NCBI GenBank assembly: GCA_000708835.1
Contig: DF236997.1
Coordinates: forward strand, 217,608-281,607
Direction of reading: 5' to 3'
Source: Klebsormidium nitens
Taxonomy: Eukaryota; Plantae; Klebsormidiophyceae
DNA: 64,000 nt
The position numbers and the translations under genes are program-made. Below are positions 11,301-23,200 of the stretch, piece by piece. Each line of letters begins with the position of its first letter. Position 1 is the first letter of the stretch. Under the pieces are notes generated by a model. It did no database searches. It saw only the letters and a list, made by a program, of their open reading frames with translations, and was not told the DNA's origin.

Positions 11301-13540
11301 ATTCCGGAGGAGTTCAAAGCCCCGTCTGCTGATGTGTCCTCTTGACTTGTTTCTAATCTGGACCCCATCTTGCAGAGTTCCAACGCCACGGGGGCTACCC
11401 AGACGACCAAGGACACGATCGGGGGTGGCCTGGACGTGTACGGGTTGAACGACGGCGACTGGCTGCGGTACGACAACTTCAACATGCTCAACATCGACAG
11501 CATCACCTTCCGGGGTTACAGGTATGGCCCCTTCTCTGCGATCGGCCAACGTCTGCTCTAATAACTTTGTCGTTGGAGGATGAGTTTGAAGCTGCACGGG
11601 GTTAGAGACGATCGCTGAAAGGCAGGAATCAAAATAGGTCGGTGGAGCGATCCTTTGAGCCCGAAAGAGACCGTGAAGAGCTTTGGTTTCGCTGACTCCA
11701 AAAGGCACTGCCTGCCCGGATCCGTGGAGATTCCGTCCCTAATACGTAGCTGAAGCTAGCGCCGAAGATTTATTCCCTCTTGACCATAGCTGCTCAGGCA
11801 TATTATATCAAGGCAGTGTCCCCTATGAGACACAACACGTGTTCCTGCTTCGATCCCCCTGTTACGGTCCCGCCGATTCCCTAGAGCCTCTGCTTACCTT
11901 TCTGCAGCGCCTCTGGCGGTGCGTTCATCGACGTGCGGATTGGGTCGCCAACCGGGCGCATCATCGCCACTGTGCCCATTGCTGCAACCGGGGCGGGAAC
12001 ATACACTGACTTCCAAGTGCCTATCCAGGACACCAACCAGTGGTTCATGGTAAGGCCGGACGGGCTTTAATCTGGGCTCTCGCATTGGCGTTGAAAGTGG
12101 CACAGGGTTTTGACCCATGTGCATCTTGTCGTAACGTATCCGCTTCGGCACGACTTATTTCGAGTCGCTGTTGCATTTGACCAATGAACCAACGGGCAGC
12201 TATGCAAGAACTGCTCGTCAATAAATCCTGACATTGTTTTCCGCTGTTTAGCAGCCATTCTTCGCGAAGCACCGAAATCAGCGGGCTTCCACCTCAGCAT
12301 CGGCAGCCTCCTTCCCGGAGATCCGCTTGCTTCTCGCAAATTGCTTCCCGTAAAGTTTAGAGACTCAACTCTGACTCCAAAGTTCCGTGCCCACGTGTAG
12401 GTGGACATGCAGTCCGCGTGGACCATCTCCTGGTTGCAGCTAGACCCCGGGCAGTGGGCGACCGACTACCTGCGGGGCTACGCCGTCTTTGCGTCGCTCG
12501 ACAACTCCACCTGGGGCACACCCATCATGCCTCTGGCCACGGTACGAACCACGCGTCCGAGCAAGAGTTTCGTCTCCTTGCTGGGGCTTTACAGGACGTT
12601 AGATGGTTCAAGAGGAAGAAAATCTTTTCGAAGGCATGCGGGGCATAAGAAGCCCTTGTTGAGCGTCTTCTTTCAGTGTTCTCATTCTTTGGACTGTGTC
12701 TTTCTATACAGTCTGGGACGCAATGGCAGTGTGGCTAGCAGAATTCAGTGACGTCTTGCATGGTCGTTGTTGTGGCAAGCACGCCGAGCAAGCACTGCTG
12801 AAGTGTGCCTTCTGGTTGTTCTGTGAAGTACTTCGAAGTGACAAGATGTCGAGGGGTGCCAAAAGCTTGAGCGCCTCATTGACTACGCCTCTTGGTCAAC
12901 TTCTTGTCGGTTGCTGCCTATGCTGACAGATCCAGTCAGGTTTTGTTTGACGTCAGGTGTCGATCCAGCAAACCGTCTCAATCGTGACAGTCATGTGGAT
13001 GATGGAAGATACGGCGTACAGGCGTTTCTGAAAGCAACGATCACTTGGACGCGTCCACAAGTTAATAGATTGCTTCGCTTCTGACAGGGTAACCCTCCGC
13101 CATACACTCTCACCAACGGGACTGTGGCGAAAAATTTCACGGGTGTCATCAACATCACGCTCAATCCCCCCGTCAGCGCCCGGTTCATCAAAATCATCAA
13201 CATCGGGCCCGCAGCCAATACGTCGTGGTGGTCAGTCGCCGAGTTGCGCGCATTTGATGACAAGAATGTGAGCCTAGGAACCGCAAAGTGGGTCGCAACA
13301 GCGTCGTCGCAAGCGTCGGACACGCCACCTCAGCAGGCTTTGGATGGCAACATAACGAGCCGGTGGGCCACCGGGGAGTCCCAACGGCCGGGGAATGTGA
13401 CCTTGTATACCACATTTAGATCGGCGGTTGCGGGCGCCAAGAATCTGTTCGTCCTAAATTATATGACCTTCAACGGTCAAGGAATAAGCACGACGCCCCA
13501 TGAGAAGGGAGTTCCGCCACCAGTCAGCACACAGTATTAG
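2382..13540 (+). CDS. Secreted multidomain protein: signal peptide + ThuA-like + PQQ-dependent glucose/sorbosone dehydrogenase (GSDH beta-propeller) + PKD + CBM6 with inserted permuted F5/8C (CBM32-like) module; 17 exons, ~1251 aa
   Basis: Exons 2382-2836, 3689-3868, 4615-4915, 5328-5427, 5971-6179, 6729-6817, 7211-7375, 7810-8117, 8427-8637, 8916-9200, 9573-9828, 10200-10423, 10881-10971, 11376-11521, 11908-12049, 12401-12541, 13088-13540. All are GT-AG and phase-consistent, totalling 3756 nt. Motifs: hydrophobic N-terminus; Thu[14 protein letters not shown]...[23 protein letters not shown]; [70 protein letters not shown]; PKD LTYFWDF...NPTHTY; CBM6 [10 protein letters not shown]...[10 protein letters not shown]. 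Confidence 0.92.
11226..11390 (+). repeat. Tandem ~70-bp duplication in intron 13 echoing the acceptor/exon-14 start
   Basis: aaagccccgtctgctga(c/t)gtg(c/t)cctcttgactt at 11242-11274 and 11316-11348. Each copy is preceded by a variant of the true acceptor context (acccaatctgcag.., gacccaattccggaggagttc.., true gaccccatcttgcag|agttcc). Confidence 0.7.
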
Positions 13541-14544
13541 AGTTCAAGACGTTGTATGAGGTCGTAATCTAGTCGTCGGTATATTCATTCAATTGACTTT
13601 GAAGTCCAGTGTTACCTTTGTTAGTACCTTTTGCCCCTGTAAAAGTAGGAGATAGAAACAGTTCGGAGTAGGTTTTGTAGGATTGTGAACTGAAAGAGTG
13701 TTGATCTTGTCAAATCTGATGGATTTTGCCCGACGCCAGCGCATTGCTTGGGATTTGCAAAAGGTCTGGTGGAGCTTGCAGGAAAAGCATAATACAGTCC
13801 GAGTCAGATCGAAGTACCCATTGTATCGCATGTTGCAAAGCCCTTCCGAACACTGAGGCTTCACAATCAATGCAGTGAAGATCAGGATTAGAAAGTAAAG
13901 TTTTGGCAAATCATCGACTTTGATTGTGCTGGCCCTCAAGCTTAGCTTGTGGCAGACGTACCAGCTTGGCTGATGCGCGCATCATCGACGCGCAAGCGGA
14001 AAATGCGGAAGACTGCGCGCTGCATGATGGCCTGTCATTCGCGCGCCGGCAGCTCTATACGCTGAAGCATCGACAGACTTACATGCAAGGGATGCACTTT
14101 ATTTCGCCGTTCATAGGCCGGCTGCACCTGGTGAGGGAGCTTATTCAATATGGAGCCTTACAACAAATCGCGCCGGCCAGAGCTTTGATAATTGTCCAAG
14201 CGGCATGCGCGCTGCTGTGCAGCTAGTTAGTGTACAACAAGTCGACAAGTCGGAAAGGGCCCGCGCACATACTGAAGCAGGGGCCGCGTGTTGCATAATC
14301 ATTTGTTGTATACAACGATTCGTAAAACGCGCAGACTTTTTATCGACGGCATACAGCCCTCCATGTCACGGTTGCAGGCCATCCGGCGCTTGCATGCACA
14401 GCAGCGATTGGCTGGATGAGTCGCGAGGCGATCCGAGCACCGCACAGTCTCGAGTGCTTTCATCAGTCTTTCCAGTGCCGTGAAACTGGTCGACGTCAGT
14501 GTCAGGTTGATATGCATTTGATCAACAGCAGTGTCCTGGCAAAT

Positions 14545-14801
14545 TACCGTACTGCCATTCGAATTCGCACCCCTAGGCCACGAATAATTAATTTCAAACT
14601 TTTTACGATTTCGCATCGACCAAACTGATTTATTTTTAAATTCGTTTTGTCCCATTTTCCCTGCTAAAAGACCTGTTTTTGGCCTTGAAAAGTTTGTATC
14701 TGCATTTCAACTATTCGACCAGGCAGGAAATAATTTCTTAAATTTTTCGACCTGGCCTTGAGTAATTATTTTTTATGCGAATTCACAATGGCAGTACGGT
14801 A
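14545..14801. mobile_element. MITE, Tc1/mariner (pogo/Tigger-like) type, 253 bp with TA target duplication
   Basis: Left end TA-ccgtactgccattcgaattcgca; the right end reverse-complements to TA-ccgtactgccattgtgaattcgca. AT-rich interior with a weaker inner inverted repeat (aggcca..cgaa at 14575, ttcgacctggcct ending 14758). No ORF. Confidence 0.75.
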
Positions 14802-14946
14802 AGAGTCGCTGCATAATAGGTACTGCTGTCTTCGGAAGGCCTCCCAGCTGGAGTAGAGATTGTAGTCACTGTTGCACCACCCTTTCTTCTGCGTTAACTT
14901 CACTAAGGTTCCTTCTTGCGAAAAGCTTTCCTGGTCAACTTGAGCA

Positions 14947-17633
14947 ATGGCAGCCCAGAAGGGAGAACGGCAGCACACCGCCGCAGATCACCCAGTGGCG
15001 CCAGACTCCTCTGAGCAATATGAGATTGTTCTGTATGGAGCTCAGACTTGTCCCTTCAGTCAGCGCGCTAGAATAGCGGTCGATTCCAAGGGGCTCAAGT
15101 ACGAGTACAGAGAGACGGACCCATATGCTAAGCCGGAGGATCTGCTGGCGCACAACCCCAGGGGGGCGGTGCCGACGCTAGTGCACAATGGTGAGGGACA
15201 ATCAAACTCAGATCGACAGTGGTGTCAACGGAGTCCAACTTCTAGTTTGGTGCATGCATGAGATACAGCAGCTTTTATGACAATGTGCTACATGCGGTGG
15301 TCACAGCTTTGTGCAGTAGTTCGTGGATCGGTCTGGGTTCTTGTTTCTCAAATCAACGTAACCTTGAGTTTTGGGCGCTGCAGCTCGCTGGCTAAAATCT
15401 GCTTTTAATGCGCTGATATGAATTCCCCATTGATCTAAGTCATCTTTGTGGGGTAGCTGCTGCGATTGGTTTCAGTGGTGAAAGAGCTCTGGCGATCAGT
15501 ACCACAATCAAGAACAGCATTGCACCTTTCTGATGCTTAACTTCTGAAATGGTGGTCATATGTGGCCAGGCTGACTTTGAGTTGTAGCAATAGATTTGAG
15601 CTACTATAGTTTGTGGGTTGCCAAAACGAGACACATTCAGCGTAGAATTATAGAAACATAACAAAAAGTGGGGCGCCCGCGTGGATTTTGTCAATTTCGA
15701 GTCAGCTTAAATCTCCTGGAACATCAACAAGTCCGATTCTTTCTCGTGTATTGTTCAGCTTTGGTTTTCTTTCCACCACGTCAATGACCACCGTGTCCCT
15801 GCAAGCGTTGAAGTCTTGGATGCTTGAAAGCTGTATCAACTATTATCTGATCTCAAGCATTGAAGAGACATTCCAGGTCGCATTCGAGTCCAATGTCACG
15901 TATTACGAAAAGGCTATAGAGAGAAGCAGAAAATCAGCCTCTCCTTGTTTGGGCTCTCCTATTAAACTTCACATCTTTAATGTTCCTCAGGTAAGAGCGT
16001 GTACGAGTCGCTGGTGGTGGTGGAGTATGTGGACGAGGCTTGGCCAGGGGACGTGCACGGGCCGACTCTTCACTTCCTTCCGAAAAGGGACGTGCACCTA
16101 CGGGCCCTGGCCAGGATCTGGACGACATTCGTCCAGGTCAGCACCGGCGGTCCGAGCAGAGAGCTAGAATATGGCTCGGATTTAAATGAACTGTTTCAGG
16201 GCAAGGTTCAGAGAACCGTTTTAGGAATGGCTACCAGTCTCTGGTGGAAGGTCAATTGGTTTGTTCTCTTTCGAAGGTCTTCTGCGTTGTGAAGAGGTCA
16301 ATTCGGCCGGACGTGGTTTAAGGCGTCCCAGAGCACGGACTCATCGTTCAATTCTAATGGGCTTTGTTGGAAAGCACTAATTTCGGCTTGTCACATCGGT
16401 AAGCAGATACTCAGCTGTGCTCCTTTGAGGAGTGCACTTACAATCGAGACTCCAGCCCACCTTCTTGGAAATGGAAACCAAAATATGTGGAAGCCACTAA
16501 AAGCCCAGGACCAGAATGCTGAAAGCCCAGGAAAAGCACGGGACCTAAGTTTAAGGAAACTGTCGTCGCTGCCTCTCCTTCTGCCCTGAAGGCCAAGTTT
16601 GCATCATCGTCAACCAGTCATAGTGGCAACATGTTTCTCTCCTTTGTAACGAAGGACGAATATAGTTATAGTTCGTCGTCATGTGCCGCAAACTCCATTC
16701 CGGCCGACCGCTTACCTCAGGTCAATTGGGGGGCACTTGATTCGGAACAACTTCGAAGTCACTTAACCAGCGACACTGAACGCGAACTTCAGAAAGGTTT
16801 TTGGCTCCGCCTTTTGGCTTTTCCTGTGTTACCAGCTCACGGAGATCTCCGCCTCCTTGTTGCAGGATAAGCTGGTGCGCGGTTTCTTCGACTTGTTAGC
16901 AGCTCAAGACGAGTCGGAGCAGGAAGCTCTGAAGACGAAGCTGCTCGACAGTCTGAGAGAGTGGACGAAAGCGGCCGCTGAGATCCAGTCGAGCCCAGCA
17001 TCGGGGCCGTTTTTCATGGGCGAGCACTTTGGGATTGTAGACATCGCCTTCCTGCCCTTCGCTGTGAGGTACGAAGTGGGCTTGGCGAACTGCCGTTACT
17101 TGATTTTGAACTGAGGGACGAAAATGCGAGAGACTCTACGGGGGGAAAGAGAGCGGGGAAATGGCAATGCTTTGGTAAGCCGCTGTGGGATTTTGGTTGA
17201 AGGTTAGGGCTGTCGGATTGACTGCTGATGTGATGGTGATGTCGGGAGGCGGCATGTCTCTGAGAGCTCTCGTCAGCACCCGCCCGGACAATCGGTTCTC
17301 ATTCTCACGGCTCAGCAACTGTCATTCCTGGCTCACTTGATGGCATTACGAATCCACAGATTTTTCGCTTTAGCCTAAAGGTGGCTCCACTGAAGGAGCC
17401 GCTCTTCGACCTTGTTTGACAATCTGCGTGACCGCACACTCTGCAGATTCCCGGCCCTCGAACACTACCGAGGGTTCACAGTGCCGGACACCGACGAGTT
17501 TGCAGTCTACCACACATGGTTGAAAGCAGCGAGCGCGTTGCCCAGTGTTCAGTCAGCTATGCCCTCCGAAAAGGAAGTGATCGACTTCTATTCGAAGTAC
17601 GCCAAACGTGACGCCACGTGGAGAGAGCCATAG
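14947..17633 (+). CDS. Glutathione S-transferase, Cys-active-site (omega/lambda-like CPFS motif), 4 exons, 259 aa
   Basis: Exons 14947-15190, 15991-16136, 16866-17068, 17447-17633 (780 nt). Motifs [59 protein letters not shown]. Confidence 0.92.
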
Positions 17634-20292
17634 ACTTGGGGCCCTGGAAGTTTTCGCGTCTAGTCATTGCACATTGAATTTGAATTGACCCCTGTGCTAA
17701 AGACTGTCCGGGTCACCAACAGATTGATTCTTTTGTGCCGTGCTGGTAAGCTCAGTACAACGTTATTTGAGGGGTCAACGGGAGCTAGATTTGGCTGAGT
17801 CACATCCTTGTTCGCCGGCTTTGCAACCGGCCCCTCTTGACTGTTTGAAGTCAACCAATTTTCAGAGGGGAGTCGGACAGTTTGAGCTAGCGCACTTGAT
17901 ACATAAAAAAGATTTGGAAAAGTAGCGGTTGAGGACTGACGAAGCAACGCTGCCCTCAGTCGCTCACATTTATTCGTCCTGTCGGCCAGATGATGGCGCC
18001 TGGCACGAACTTCATGCACTTCAATGATCCGCATGGATGGCTCATCCAGATTAAGTGGGCCGTTGTCACCAGAAAATGCGAAGCTTGATGCTCAATATGG
18101 CAGTCGGGGGCAATCTGAAATCTCCTGATTATACCCCTCATGATTGTTCGAAATCCTGCAGCATGCATGCACGTATATCTCAGAGCCCATATGTGATGGT
18201 ATATTCCTTCTTGACGGAAGTGTTGTAAACGGTAACGGCCATCCATCTGATGTAGTATATACACGCCATGGATTATAAGCAGCATGAAAAGGCCATTGAG
18301 TTTCAAATCTATATAAGCGCTCGAGCTCTTGATCTGTCGATTCTCTCAGACAACCGGCCCATTTTGAAATTGTGCATATGCGTCCAGTGACGTCTGATGA
18401 TCAGCGTCAAGTACTATAATAAACGCGTTTGACTCAGCCAACCAACTGTGTGGACGTCCTTTGTGCTACTTGTAACCACTGCAAAACACCAGGCCCTGCA
18501 CAAAGATAGCTTGAGCTTTGAGTTGTGCTCATATTCTCGCATTCCTAGTGCTCAGTGCGACACCCCATTGAGGCCGTGTATCAGGACGAACGGATACGCT
18601 TCCCAACAACCCAGCTCGCTAAGGAAGTACGGTTTAGACGTGTCTTAGTAGATAGGCTTGAACCGCATTTGATAGTTCGATGCATTTGAGCATTAAGCTT
18701 ATTAAACTGTGGCACTGCTGCTTCTGGGGGGCTTCTGGCTGAAGACGTTTTCAGGATGTGCAAGAAGGCACTGCTCCTGTTTACATATTAACGTTTGGTT
18801 TTAGAGAACGGAAGCTAGCGAGTGCAGGGCGAGTGCAAGACGCGCAAGGTGGATCTGGGCGGACGATCTCCAACTTCATCGACTTTGTGTGCGTCCCGAG
18901 CAGGACAGGAACGAATAGTCCAGCCAGCTGGCAAGCTCATCATTCTTCATCCGTAGAGTACTTCCAGCTGTCGGCAGCCACGCTTGGCCATGTGATTGAT
19001 CAGTCACGTAGATTTTGGATTCCTTTGCCTTTGGCCCACTCGACGATCGGCACTCAGGGGTGGCAGCTGGCGGGGCGCAACGGTCTGGTTGACGTCCCGG
19101 GTGCTTTCAGCGGAAGCCGCGCGGCCAGCGTTATGTGCCACTCACAAGTTGCGCGAGACACAGCCATCGCATCCGCGCATTCAAACTGGCCACGAGTCTG
19201 ACGAGTGCCAACAGCGCAATACTGCAATACATCAATGATCTTGGCGCAGTCAGCTGGGTGAATCTTAATCACCAGAATGCGCACTGCGCTTCTGCAAGTA
19301 AGACAATAGGCAGAGCGCCCTGCTGCCAGCAAGCGTAACCATCGAATGATGACCTCGCCAACGGCGTCCCGGTGTTAGGTCTCTTCTTCGACTGGCTCCC
19401 ACCACACCGCGCCATGGTTGCCACCACATGGTGTGCAACCGCCTGTATGACCAAACCGCTGCTGGCCAGCTGGCATTTCTTTTTTGCCGAGCGTCGCGTG
19501 CTGGCCTGTGATGCGGCCGGTTGACTACAAAAGGGACCGGGATACTCTCCAAGGTTGGGTGTCAAATTCTGGCCTGCACAAAGCAACCTACCTAAATCTA
19601 GAGCCTCCGGTGCTTGAACCTGCTTGAACCGACCACTTTAGTACAGGATCCAAGGCCCGGGGCATTTGTATCCGGCCTCCGCCAAGGCCACCGGGGACAT
19701 TTTCCTAATACCTGGGAAGTTCTACCGGCGAATCAGCCAGCAGCGCCTAACACGCTGCTTGATTCGCTGATAGCAACACGTGGTTCACATGGAGCTGAGA
19801 CCTCAGTTGCATGCTAGCTGTGCACTGTGCAATCATACTGGGTATAGTTCTAGCAGGCAGCTGTTCAAACCCTAATTTTGAAGCGCAGCACACACGGCTT
19901 CGCAACTCATCCTTGCAAACGGGCCTTGGCGAAGGATGCAAGAACCATAATACCGACGTAGGGTGCCGCGCCTTCCTCTTCGAATGTGTTGGAAAGAATC
20001 TAGCTGAGAGGCGATCAGGCAGGGTCCAGCAGATTGTTGCAGTACGTTAGCCTATGCAGGTCAAGAGTAGGAGCCCTGATGCTTGAGCAATCGTGGACCA
20101 GTCCTTGTGCAATAAAGAGAGCGAACTTCCTAGGCTGGCAGCCTTGCTTGTTCGTTGGTGGCTTCCTGCCCAAGCCAAATTTGTTGGAAGGAACGTTTGA
20201 AGAAACACGGTGTGGGATCTGCTTCGCTTTGTGACATTTGCCTCCAGCTTCTGTGATTGTCCAGAGTCTCTGGTGAGGTAGAGAGACGCACC

Positions 20293-23200
20293 ATGGTCAA
20301 GAATAAAATGGGAGTACTCGAGCTGGTGCATTCATCTCGTCAAGTCCCAGATAAGTCCTCATCAGAGGATGAGGGCCTTTGCTCACAATGGCAAGAGCAG
20401 GTGAGAGGAGAACCTCTTCCCACTGCTGAGGAGGTTGGGACTTACAGTTTGCACATTTTTGTTACTTTGTGGCCATCACGCTTCCTTCCGGGCCAGGACT
20501 TTTGAGAACCATGTGCTGCCATGAAAATGGAGCTTAGAGTGAGAGCCTGAAGCAGTTCTCATAAAGCAAGCCACAATTAGGTCCTGGTATGAGCCAGAGT
20601 AAACTCGACTTGCAGTTGTTGTGGCTTGTTGGCTATCTCTTTACGAGAGCGACTCTGGTTTATCCAAGTCCAGAACATGCCTTGGGCCTCCCAAATCCAG
20701 AAATTGAGCAAGCAACAATCATGAGGAATGACTGCGCCAAGCCATCACTTCAGGAGTCAGCTTGATGCCCGCCGCTTGATTTGTAACACGAACACTTTGT
20801 GTGCTGCAGGAAGATGAAATCCTGAAGGAGCTGGTGAAGAGGCATGGAAGTAAAAAGTGAGCGACATGCCTAGCTAGCCGTCTACTATTCACGTCAAACA
20901 CGGACTGCAACTTGGAACAGCCGTGAGAGCAGCGGCTAGAACTTGTGTAATAAGCAGGCAAAACAAGACTCTGCAATGCAATGACATGGAGACAAGTTCT
21001 AAAGAGTACACATGGTTTGGCGGAGCAACCAAGCAGATGTCAAACAACAAAGGTCTGTGTGGCCCGAACAGTTGGGGTCTCATGGCACAACACCAGCCTT
21101 GACTCGGGAGCAGGAGGACTGCATAACCCTGAATGCAAGGACGCTGATAGATGTCACCCGGTAGCTGAAAGCGCCATCCCTACTGCTCAGTGCTTGGCCT
21201 TCTAGTCGAGAAACACCCGCTGCTGCTTGGTGCCAATGCTGGAAAGACTTCTCTCAACCTCCCTTCTTGTTATTGACTCGCTACCTTGTACAAGTGTACT
21301 CTTCATCCGCACTGCAAGTTGTTGGCAGTGTATCAGAGTGTTAGCCGCTGACACCAGCACATGTCTTGCCCCAGGTGGGACCTAGTTGCGGCACGCCTCC
21401 CGGGCCGCTCTGCTCCAGACTGCAAAGAGCGGTGGCATGCGCAGCTGCACGCGTCCATGAACAAGAGCAGCTGGACAGAGGAGGAGGACAAGAAGCTGCT
21501 GGAGGCGAGGAAGGAGTGCGGCAACAAGTGGATGGAGATTGCGCAACGAGTACCAGGAAGGTGAGGGATAAGGGCCGGGCCCCAGGTGCAACATGTACGG
21601 AAATACCACTCTGGCAAAGGGATCGCTTGGCTGCTTGATTCTTTCTAGCTCGAAGTAGGGGCCTGAGGGTTGCTTGAGTAGACCAAATGGAGGGCATGGG
21701 TTAATGTAAGGAACCAAGGAAACGGGAAGGAATTTCAGTAGCGCAACCAGTCGGCACTAGTACTTCTATGGTGCGTCACAATTTTCAGCTCTTGCCTGTC
21801 CAGCTGAAAATGTAATGGATAAAAGTGGGGCTGTCAAGGGCCTTTCAACACTGAGCATTTACCAGGATTGAAAGGACAAACAGCTACCTATGATCGAAGG
21901 GATCAACTAGCACAGCCTTCATGTAAGATAGTTAGCTTTGCAAGGTTTTTGCTGACTCTCATATTGCCCCTGCGCTCGTGCAGAACTGACAACGCCGTTA
22001 AGAACCGGTACCAAGCACTGAAACGGCGGCAGGCCGAAGAGGCTTCCGCAGCGGCAGGTCCAGTGCCAACCACCACAGCTGCTGCGCCCGGCTTTTTGAT
22101 GGGGCCGCCGGAGCCCCAGCAACCCAGGCAGAAGAGGAAGTACACAAAACGGGCGGTGGTAAACAAGGAGCCTCTCGGCGTCATCGCTGAGGAAGACCTT
22201 CCCATAGGGTGAGTTCAACGCTCGATTTGGTCAATCATGAGAGTAGGTCTGAGGGCCAGCCGTGGACTCAAAACGGGTGCGTTTCAAGCAGACGATAGGG
22301 TCCATGCCCGGTTCCTTCTTGGTATCTTTTGCAGAGCAAGAGTGCTTAAATTGCAGAGCCTCTATTTCGAATTTTTGACAGGGACCTAAGTCGCTGTATT
22401 GAGAGATCTAAGTTGGTGTCGACTTGTCCTTTTGCAGGCCCTCCACTTCAGGGAGCGGCTTCAGCCATGCCGACAAGAAGCCGTGCATTCGGCCAGACTT
22501 GTCCATCCAGATCCCTTCCACCAGCTCCGCGGCTCCAGTCCTCCCTCTTGGTAAGGACTCTACTGCAAACGCAAAGCTTGGTTAGAGCAGTGCTAAGGGA
22601 GCCAACACACTTAATAGTGCATACCGATGAGGCTTCCAAAAGTCCAGAATGATCTCGAAATCAATACGGCCGTTGAAATATTGTCACGTCGCTTTCTGCA
22701 GCTGTGGGCCCCCCTGTCATCCCGGAACCACTAGCGTACTCCTTCCCTGGGAGAATGACTCCCAACATGATGTCCAGCGAAGCGGTGAGGTTGCTTTTCG
22801 AACTCGCAAATCTTGCCTCTCCTCCTCCGTTGAAGCAGCTCGGGCCAATTGTTGGGTGATCCATGGCGATGAAAGGTAACGCGAATCCGCATCCAGGACT
22901 TTGCAAGACCGCTCTCGCATTCTCGCCTGCTGGCACCGAGTTCGATTGGAAGCCCACGAGTGAGAGAGTCGACTGCTCAATCCGTCGCATATCGCTGACA
23001 GGCATGCTTCGCCGTCTGCAGATCCAGCAGCTCTTCTGCAGCTCCATGACGGACACACCCAGGGAGTCGATCGACATGGAGGAGGTAAACCCAAGCCTCT
23101 AACGATTGTCCCAGATCCAAGCTCGACAGAGCCCCCGAGCTGCCACGTGCATCATCGGTGCCCGCAAGTCTTACGGCATGGCTTCGCAGCATGCAAGCTT

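Noticed and set aside
2382-13540. Bacterial contaminant contig, or a plant HIPL1/HHIP homolog
   Set aside because: It has sixteen phase-consistent GT-AG introns and is contiguous with plant genes. The ThuA/PKD/CBM6 partners and motif style do not match HIPL1.
17950-19600. Cluster of 60-150-aa overlapping ORFs, possible decayed element
   Set aside because: No recognisable domain, splice pattern or terminal repeats.
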